Assembly: GCA_051362555.1 (NCBI GenBank)
Contig: CM120645.1
Span: 620,001 to 684,000 of the forward strand
Length of the DNA stretch: 64,000 bases
Source: Lingula anatina
Lineage: Eukaryota; Animalia; Brachiopoda
Direction of reading: 5' to 3'
Shown: positions 55,801 through 64,000 of the stretch, one piece after another
How the letters are laid out: each line of letters opens with the position of its first letter
Position numbering within the stretch: the stretch's first letter is position 1
Translations under genes and position numbers: made by a program
Notes under the pieces: generated by a model
Seen by the model: only the letters and a program-made list of their open reading frames with translations
Told to the model about the DNA's origin: nothing
The model's database searches: none

Positions 55801-58800
55801 TCACCTGACGTAAACTGTCTACCCGCGCTCCCCGAAAAAAACTGTTTCTTTTAATTTTGAAATGAATTGCTTTTAAGGCAAAGAAGTCCATTAAACCCTT
55901 TAGTCTCAATATCATTGTACAGCATGTTGTAATCGGTATTTAAAAAAGTTAATTTTTGTACTCCGCTTTCATCGAGGATACCTCAAGTTGAGGTTACAAT
56001 TACGTCGCTCGCCTATGCTACTGGAATATATATTTAAGGACAAATTAAGCTTTGTAAAGTCCCTATTGTCACACACCATAGATACTTTATTTTGTCTTGA
56101 ATGAAAAAATAGCCTCAAATTATCGTTTTGTGCTTAAACCTTTCATTACTTGAACCAAGATCTGTACTATAGCTACCAAGACGTACATGCATCAAGTTGG
56201 GTCTGCTGGCGGAGGGGAGCATTTAAATGATAAACGAGGAAGTCTACCTGCAAAAGCAGCAGCAGTGGTTTAAATAATCGCTATCTAGACTCCTTTTTCT
56301 TTGACAGCAACATAAAAAGTGTTTAGGGAGAAAGTCACACAAAGACCCGACGTTGTTTTGTCTTCAGCATTTCCTCTTCCTTGTTATCTGCAATTACTAT
56401 CGTCAATTAATGAAATCGAGAAAGCAATTAAGTGACGGCACATTGAATATAGTCACTAGGTGCATTTCGCTGAGTGTTTACAAGATCTAGCGACACATTT
56501 TATCGCCACGCGTTCTAGTTTGATTAGTTTAGAAAATTAAACAGTTACTCTGTCGGCTCTCCGTCATTGCTATGAATCTGACATCGAATTTAGTCCAAAA
56601 TATTAGTAAATTCAGAATTATTAGCTAAAAGGTAAATTGCCCTAATTTGTCAGATAATCAAAAATGCCGGTGATCCACGCGGAGGGTACGCTTTCCTGAA
56701 GGTAGCGGCGACGAACGGCGACGATATTTTTCTGAATAGTGAACCTTTATTAGTTACGAAAAGCCCCCTTTTCAACAGGCGCGTTTTATTAATTACTTCA
56801 TGTCACAAAGTTAATTTATACAGGCAAAACTTTATTTTAAGGAAATAGTTTCACGAAATGAACGAGAGTAAAATATTAGTCGGCACAAATATAAGGCATA
56901 CAACAATGAGTCATGTTATGGATCATGTTATGGGCCATGTCGGATTATAATGGCATACCTTGATGAAAAACAGTCTATCGTTTCTTCCACCGCGAGTCCC
57001 TTTATTTAATGTAATGTATTACTCATTACCCGTTTCATTTGACACTCTCTCTTTTTATCTCCCTTCCCCTTTCTCTTGTTAGAAGGAGGGTACATAATTA
57101 AGCACTCAAAATCTGCACCACCAATCTTCAGAAAAACAGAAGTCAACGAACCAGTGGGCTGATCCACAACATCTGACACAGCAGAATGAATCAAATAACA
57201 GCTAGCACAGATTTATATGCAGTTAGCTATAGTGTCACTACATACATAATCAGCTGCACGCGCGAAGCTGTTGAACAAAAGGATAGTTCGCTACGGGAGA
57301 CCGTTTGTTTACATAAGTACTCTAAGGGGGCGTGGCTACCCAGGCGACCAAGGGATTAGGCTAGTTACTATATGCCGTCAACAATCGTTTAGCGACCCTA
57401 TCATTATACACTCTCTCTATTGTATTTTCCACCGCATTAATCGCAGTGTAATCTTCAAATGGTCCACGGGGTAAATGTACACATTCTTAATCCGAGTACG
57501 GTATATGCTGAAAAAAGAGAAAAAATAGCCTAAATTCACTAAAAATGACCCAATCACGCTGATTTTCGAACTTGACCTGCGTATTATAAATATTCATCAG
57601 ATCTGTAAGTTTCAAGCCAAAAAGTAAAATGGTTTTCCACTTATCGTGTTATCGGTGCTGTATATATGCTGAAAAAAGTGAAAAAACAGCATAAATTCCC
57701 TATAAGTGACCCGATCATGCTGATTTTCGAACTTGACCTGCGTATTATGAATATTCATCAGTTCTGTAAGTTTCAAGCCAAAAGAAAAAACAGTTTTCCA
57801 CTTATCGTGTTATCGGTAAAAGTGCACGGCGACGACGGCGACGGCGACGGCGACGGCGACGACAGACGCAGATGATGGCTATATGTACAGACACATCTGT
57901 GTCTGTACATAAAAAGCAGACCATTTATTCAAGATATCCATTAGAATGGCGAATTAATCATGCACTTAAAACTACAGGCAAAAAGTTTGGCACATTTGTG
58001 GAAAATGAAATTCTAAGCAAATTTGGATATATGGGCATGTCCGAAAATTAAAAAATGGCCGCCAAATCCAAGATGGCCTCCAAAAATACAGCTTCTAATT
58101 AAATCTTCAAGTATATAGTCTTTAAAGGGCTTAAATATCATATAAAGGTTAAAAAACACCACAGTATGAATTCAGCATCCATATCTGCTTCTTTAGGTGC
58201 ATTAAATCCAAAATGGCCGCCAATAGTAAAAAGCACTCTATTAATCCAAGATATCCAGCATAGTGGTGAATTCATCAAAAACTATAAGCATGGCATTTGG
58301 CACAGTTGTAAAACGGGATTCCAAGCACTTAAAGGTATATGGGCATGTCTAAAAATTCCAATATATGGCCCCCAAATCCAATATGGCCACCACACATACC
58401 TGTTTAAATTAAAACTTCAAGTATATAATCCTATCATAGCTTAAGATAACATTTTATGGTTAAACAAAATTATGGTATGCATGAAGTATCAATATTTGCT
58501 TCTTTAGGTGTATAGAAATCCAAAATGGCCTCCAAAAATTAGAAAACAGACCACTCACAGCAGCAGTATGGTGAATTCATCATGCATTTAAAACTACAAG
58601 CATGAAAATTGGCACAATTGTAGAGAACAGGATTCTAAGCAATTTTTTTATATAGGGACGTGTCTGAAAATTCTAATATGGCCACTAAAACCCTTTGAAA
58701 GTAAAAATTCTACTTCATAATCTGACTTATAACAGTCTTTAATCTTTTTTCGTTTGAAAACAATGCTCAGTTTAGATGAATTATCAAAAACCGCTCCTTT

Positions 58801-61800
58801 AGTTACATTAAGATCCAAATGACCATAAAAAAAGGAACAGGACTCCTTTTGGTCCAGTTGTGACACCACATGCAGCAATTATGTAAATGCCAAGGATATA
58901 AAAAAGGAAAAGTTATTTTCACAAATAAGTATTCAAGTTGGTGTTGCACATTTTATGGGCGAGCAACCTATTACTTTAGTAAATGGACAATATCTCAACA
59001 GAGGATATCAGCTTCTACTTATTTGGTTAAATAATATTCATTCATTAATGTGTGCCTAGCTTTAGTTGTGTTTCCCTCAGCTTTCCCAGAATTTGCCTGA
59101 AGCTATAGCTTCTTCATGTAATCCACTTTCCCCAACAAAATACCAAGAGGCATTGGTCATTTTTAACACCAGAAAGCATCAGTTTACATGCATGAGGGGC
59201 AATATGAATATGAAAGTGTGGTAGGGCATATTAGTAGATGTAGGTTACTAGTGTGAACCCATATAGGACCAGTCTTCCAATGCTTCTGACTCCCCTCACC
59301 ACAGTTAGCAATTGCACACATAACTACGAACAAATGTGGTAGGTGCTACATGCGAAAGGTAAGTTTTGTTATCTGGGTAAGTGAATACTCCTCATGGCTT
59401 CATTCTGGATTGTTCCACAGAGACAATGATGCCGGAAATCTCGATGAATATTTACCTTTCAAAGTCCATATCGCAATAAAATTCTTGGTATAATCCTCAG
59501 AATACACCGTGAATTTTTGAAGCTTTGTATGTATTAACTTTCTGAAGGATTTTAATTTTTTTATTATCATGTTCAGTTATTTGAAAGTATAAGTTTGTAA
59601 CTAAACAATTTGCCAAATGGTCAAATGAAAACCAAAGTTTGGTGCCTACTTTTTTAGTGCACGAAGTTTGAAGCCTGCAATGCAACTCTTGGATACAGCA
59701 CGTATCAACACCTGCCCTCTGTTTGGGGTATTTCTTTGCTCATGAATTTTCACTAAATTCTCGGTATCCAGTACTGCGGATGTACTAAATCCATTTCTTG
59801 AAATTAGAAGCTTTTCTTATTCACTTTTGAAGCACAAGATAACATCATAAGATTACCGAGTGCAAATGTGCCCCTGCCTTTAGTACTTTACCAATGCACC
59901 ACACCAAATTGTTGAGACCTGTATGTTTGATTAGCTGTCATTTTTGTTATATTTGTGAGCATTTGATGAAGCGCCATGCACTGAGCTAGCTGAAGAATAA
60001 TAACCAACAGACAAAATTGGTACACCCCAAGCTTTTTTTATATTTGCCTCTTTGAGGCTAAGTTATTTTTGTTTCTATCACATTTTATGGATTTTGCACG
60101 ATACTTTTTTTTCTTAGAAAGGGGGAGTTGCCCATGAGTGCCATATAAGTAGATCGCTAACTGGGAATTGATCTAAATGAGAATCCAGAGCAAAAAGCCA
60201 AACTACTTATTTTGGTTTAGCAAAATAAGGACTGTTTTCAGTATATAATAAATGTATCATGCTTGATGCTTTTTTACAAACTCTGTAGAATAGCTCCTGC
60301 ACAAGTAGAAATATGCTGATTATACAGGTAGTTGCAAAGCCCACGTGCCTTTTCACGAGTGATTACAATTCAATACTTGTGGCCCACTGACTTTTGGAGG
60401 CCATTTTGGAATTTAAAAACCTAAAATGGCAGATACTGATGCTACATACATACTATGGTATTTTCTAACCATTAGATGATATTTTCATCAAAGACTATTC
60501 AAATAACTTACACCTTGAAAGGGTATTTTGGGGGCCATATTGAAATTGACTGCCATATTGGAATTTTTAGACATGCCCCTATATCCAATGTTGCTTAGAA
60601 TCATGTTCTCCACTACTGTGCCAATTTTTATGCTTGTAATTGTAAGTGCTTGATGATTTCATAAAACTACTGCATATTTTGAGTAAGTAGACTGCTTATT
60701 TTACTTTTGGAGGCCATTTTGGAATTCTATACTCCTGTAGAAGCGGATATTGACAATTCATTCATAGCATGATATTTTCCAGCTATAAAATGATATTTTA
60801 AACAATTATAGGACTATATATTAGAGGTTTTCATTGAAAAGAGTATTTGTGGCGGCCATATTGGATTTGGCGGCCATATTAGAATTTTCAGACATGCCCA
60901 TATATCCAAAATTGCTTAGAATTTCATTCTCTACCACTGTGCCAAATTTCATGCTTGTAGGTAAAAAATGCACAATTCACCCTTTTTTCTGCACCAAATT
61001 CTTGGACTGCTGGTACGATATTCCAATCTAAAAGTTGTGTAAACTACAACTACAAAAACCAGGCCGGTTGAAGAACACGTAGCTGTTCTTGTTTGCCGAG
61101 CTAATTAATTCACTAAATTAAATGTTATCTTTATTTAGATCAGAATTCCACACCGCCACCAGTCAGATTCTTCGGTCTCTCTCTCCGCGCCCTGTTGTAC
61201 CTGGGAGACCAAGGCAAGGAACAGAGTGATTACGTCATGACTAGGGTGAGAAAAAGAACTGCAATAGTCATAAATAATGCGGATGATGATTAAAATTGCA
61301 TTTAGATAAAAGATAGTAAATTATTACTTCATTTATTCTTTCCCTCATTTTTCATGTTAATATTCTGATGTAATTATTGTCAGAAGTTTTTTTTCTCGAC
61401 TTAATGGATGTTAACTGCCGCCCTGAGCCGTATGGCGTAAAACCTTGCATGTATATACAATGTACATCTTCACACGTGTCTTTTTTCCAGCCAGTAGATC
61501 AGGAGGTAGTGTGCCCCCCTGGTTTTGTTCCTGGTGTCCAGGATTGCCGCCCCCTTCTGTACAATTTCACGGTAATGCGGTCACTCGTTCTCTTACATTT
61601 TGAACCGTGTGGCTGGGTTCCAACTCCTAGAGATGGCTGTGGAGATATCATACGAGATGGTCGACTGGGAGCTGTAGTAAGAGCTGCACAGGCACAGGCT
61701 TTTACCTGTGGTCAGAAACGCGGCGCGGATAACACGTCCATCATCTTTGTCCTTGGAACAATGGTCACTCTACGCGTGAGACTAGCCGACTACGAGGAAG

Positions 61801-62063
61801 GTCGCAACATGTTCAACCAAGTACAAGCATGGATGGAAAACGCTCTGCAAAACGTGCAGTTGAAGATTTCCGGAGAACCAGTGGGTATACGCTCAGGATC
61901 GTTCTCTGCCTGCATGAAGAACGCCACGATCCACAGCCTCGTGCCGCCATTTTATGGAGCCACCACGCTGTCAACCCCGAAGCAGAGCCAAGGAAACAGT
62001 CCTGTCGGTAACGTTACACTTTTGATGTTAGTGGCGCTGGTGGCAGCGGTGTGGGATATCTAA
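34264..62063 (+). CDS. Secreted, probably GPI-anchored SMB-like/Cys-rich protein, 677 aa; exons 34264-35617, 61139-61245, 61491-62063
   Basis: Signal peptide MMIIRLALSALIIVHLA; Thr/Glu-rich repeats; somatomedin-B-like CNCDPVCVLYGDCC; two Cys modules (FKNKYCATCN, YKNFHCLVC). Splice phases match (1 then 0); total 2034 nt. Hydrophobic C-terminus VTLLMLVALVAAVWDI*. Confidence 0.75.
36340..36700 (-). mobile_element. L2/CR1-clade LINE 3' fragment
   Basis: Minus strand reads RAYGDVALQVYGPIEWNDLP...LKTYIF, resembling the GDRAF..GP..WN.LP..FK..LKT.LF end of L2/Crack ORF2, next to an AT-rich simple-repeat tail. Confidence 0.65.
39215..40571. repeat. 161-bp satellite units (about five here; further units at 49429-49591 and 57502-57815)
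   Basis: Unit tatgctgaaaaaagtgaaaaacagcataacttccctaaaaatgacccgatcatgctgattttcgaacttgacctgcg...atcggtgctgca; period 160-163. Interrupted at ~39710-40105 by a copy of ~38300-38700. Confidence 0.95.
41077..43728. mobile_element. Non-autonomous TIR element with 7-bp TSD (possibly P superfamily) inside X
   Basis: Perfect 34-bp TIR cttggacctaaatagagaaggacaagtaacgcgg; TSD cattaat; empty site visible in Y at ~57005; internal 3x ~188-bp repeat at 41724-42300. Confidence 0.85.
47716..48342. mobile_element. hAT-like MITE inside X
   Basis: Ends caagcctgtagcc...ggctgcaggcctg, sitting in a (ttat)n tract. Confidence 0.5.
48538..48821. mobile_element. EnSpm-type MITE inside X
   Basis: Termini CCCGCAC...GTGCGGG; 2-bp TSD ta; internal gcagtag repeats. 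Confidence 0.7.
49592..57501. mobile_element. Unclassified non-coding element Y, inverted relative of X
   Basis: Flanked by gctgcaTA|...|TAtatgctg. 49592-50120 is the reverse complement of ~48870-49428; ~54275-57501 corresponds to 40572-41076 plus 43736-46020. Confidence 0.75.
50756..54089. mobile_element. Non-autonomous TIR element with 7-bp TSD (possibly P superfamily) inside Y
   Basis: 30-bp TIR ctaagatctaataaacagaaagattggaca; TSD cttagac (50749-55 / 54275-81, after a rearranged right end); internal 3x 188-bp repeat at ~51255-51830. Confidence 0.85.
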
Positions 62064-62250
62064 CTTTGGGTTAGATGTTATAACAATGATATAGGATTGG
62101 GCACTACTATTACTTATCAATCTATAGACGGATATCTAAGATTTTTCATTGTTGTTTTGTAATTTATCGTTTTTAGTTATTATTAAGTTTTAAAAACAGT
62201 TACAGTTTTACGATTCAGCAAAATTATTCTGAAATAGTTTTGTGGACGTC

Positions 62251-62477
62251 ATGACCCCCGCCAACAAGCTTCCGTTTTGCCCTTGGTTTGTTTTCAAGTT
62301 AACAGCCTAACTCAAAAAGTTATGGGCCCATTTTGATAAACTGTTTAGGATAAGTCAGAAATGGACCCGCTTAGAAGCGATTACATTTTGGTGGCGGTTC
62401 TTTATTTGATTAATTAATATTGAGAAGTGATCCGCATTTGGCGGTGGTGTGTTGCGGGGTTTTTGAGTGCTCTTTAG
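62251..62477 (+). mobile_element. Short degenerate Helitron/Helentron-type element
   Basis: 5' acccccgccaa and 3' ttggcggtggt subTIR pair; ends gagtgctctttag|ttt. Confidence 0.5.
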
Positions 62478-64000
62478 TTTTGGTTATCATGACGCTTTAT
62501 TCTGTATTCAGTTAGAATAATTCGTGCATGCAGCAGACTAGAGCTCTATACAAGAGGCCATAGCAAAGTCCCATCATAGTCTTGCTTGACAGTACAGATA
62601 AGTGTATAGAATTGGCAAGAGACATTTCTGTGAATTTCTAGTAAAAAATCAATCTGTGGTCCTGGTAGAGAGTAAAGGATTAGCTTTGGTTCTCTTTTTG
62701 ATTCACTGCTAAAACAGTCACAGGTCTTGTACTAGTAGTGTATGTTTGGTATTATAAATGTGAATTGATCTTTGTGAGATAGTTAAACTATATAGCATGA
62801 ATTTATTCATAATTAAGTAATTTGCTATCAATTTGATGAATAAAAATTAGACGACTTAGAGGTCGATAATTTGCAAAAGGCAATGCATTAATTCCATGTA
62901 CATGTAATTATGCATTCTTCTCAATTTTTTCGGAAACTGAACAAATTGCATGAATTTATTGCATCATCCCAAGAACATTGTGTATGGATTTATGATTAAT
63001 CGATTATTTGATGATTGGTGTAAGGTACATTTCAGGGTATCTCGATTACATTATTTTATTTAAATAAAGCGTAAATTATAGTAGGACAATATTTTTACAA
63101 ATCCTGGATTACATTGGCCTAATTGGTATACGATTTTCCGTGCAATTTTTTGACGTCATTAATGGCTACGGCGAAAATTTTACTTTACGCGCGAGAGCCG
63201 TGCCTTTTTTCCGACATGACCTTGAGGTCAAGTAAAAAAAAATTCGGCTGAAAAATGAGGACACGAAGCCCTTTCAGTGTCAGCGCAGTTGCCGAGCGCC
63301 TTTCCTTGAAGATTGATACGTTGTCAGTGCAGCCCCCCCCCCCCTCACCCCCTACGATTTTAGCACCCATATGGTCAGAATATGGTAACACGCCACTTCC
63401 TTTTCCTATAAGTGATAACCGCTAAGTTATTAACAACTTAATTTTGTTTGCCTAGATTACGTTTGCCATTTGATGCCCGTATATGACGTTTTCGTGCGGC
63501 GTCTGTGCGGAGGTAGACGATGGCCGTGCGAAACCGTGCGACTTCACGGCCACCAGAGGTTCTACAATTTTGTCAAGTTAAAATTTTTAAAAATTTTTTG
63601 AAAATACATTATCATAGTTGGCAGTGCACAGTCCCCATACGTACATTGTGCGGTGGACTTGCCGTGATGGTGATAATGGTGAAACCTGTTATTGGACTGG
63701 TTCCTTTCCACCTTTGGTGGTTTAGGGCGGATAACAACAGTCTCTCTCTATCTTCAAGTATCTTGTATTTGTAGGACGTTGGCTGCTTTGTACCTCCACA
63801 GTAAAGATGTTTAAGACTGTTTTATTCACTCGCATGAATTTTAATTACTGTTTTTATTATTCCGACCACGGGTGAAAAACTGTAAGGGCGCAGCTGCGCC
63901 GCAAACGTATCGATCTTCATGCCAATACGGAAGGCAGGGAAGGAACCAGTAACCTGCGCTAAAGTTCTAGAATCCGATGACTTTTCTAAAATGTTGTGAA

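Larger units (their letters stand above)
37287..57911 (-). mobile_element. Second Helentron-type family element with 161-bp satellite, inserted in the Academ left TIR
   Basis: Minus-strand 5' end atgtacagac-acagatgt-gtctgtacat hairpin followed by a (GTCGCC)n microsatellite; 3' subTIR gtctgtacat, palindrome cagctttgctg, then cttg|tt. The Academ unit resumes cleanly across the A run. Confidence 0.8.
37010..61009. mobile_element. Academ-like DNA transposon (~3.4 kb core, inflated to 24 kb by nested insertions)
   Basis: Termini TAGTCCAGGAATTTGGTG...CACCAAATTCTTGGACTG with 3-bp TSD ctg/ctg. Long TIRs are built of ~300-bp tandem units (37010-37286, 57912-58690; inverted at ~60390-61009). Confidence 0.7.

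Noticed and set aside
40572-57501. A single giant foldback element or assembly mis-join
   Set aside because: Arms are substantially diverged, carry different nested insertions and separate TA TSDs, and the central satellite monomer is not inverted.
58860-60400. Possible decayed Academ transposase on the minus strand
   Set aside because: Only scattered Cys-containing fragments; cannot be supported without a profile search.
63180-64000. CpG-rich segment with short ORFs
   Set aside because: Could be a promoter or transposon end, but it is cut by the window edge and has no diagnostic motif.

Overview
AT-rich, intron-containing animal genomic DNA, probably from a marine invertebrate (species cannot be fixed from sequence). 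Three gene units lie on the + strand: (1) the 3' five exons of an LRIG-family receptor (Ig domain, TM, cytoplasmic tail), possibly 5'-truncated and preceded by an orphan CARD exon; (2) an LRR-Roc-COR (ROCO, MFHAS1-like) gene whose last exon adds a C-terminal CARD; (3) a three-exon secreted, probably GPI-anchored SMB/Cys-rich protein whose first intron is 25.5 kb. Most of the rest is deeply nested, non-autonomous transposons whose ends and target-site duplications (TSDs) can be read directly: EnSpm/CMC, Helentron-type elements carrying 146-bp or 161-bp satellites, a hAT with a 6-bp TSD, Academ, 7-bp-TSD elements, MITEs, and L2 and integrase relics. The most striking observation is two diverged copies of an unclassified non-coding element inserted in opposite orientation at exactly the same TA of two consecutive 161-bp satellite monomers, forming a ~17-kb quasi-palindrome and suggesting a satellite-targeting transposon. 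The ROCO-CARD locus has an NLR-like architecture with signs of diversification. Identities quoted are by-eye estimates; superfamily assignments rest on termini and TSD length, not database searches.
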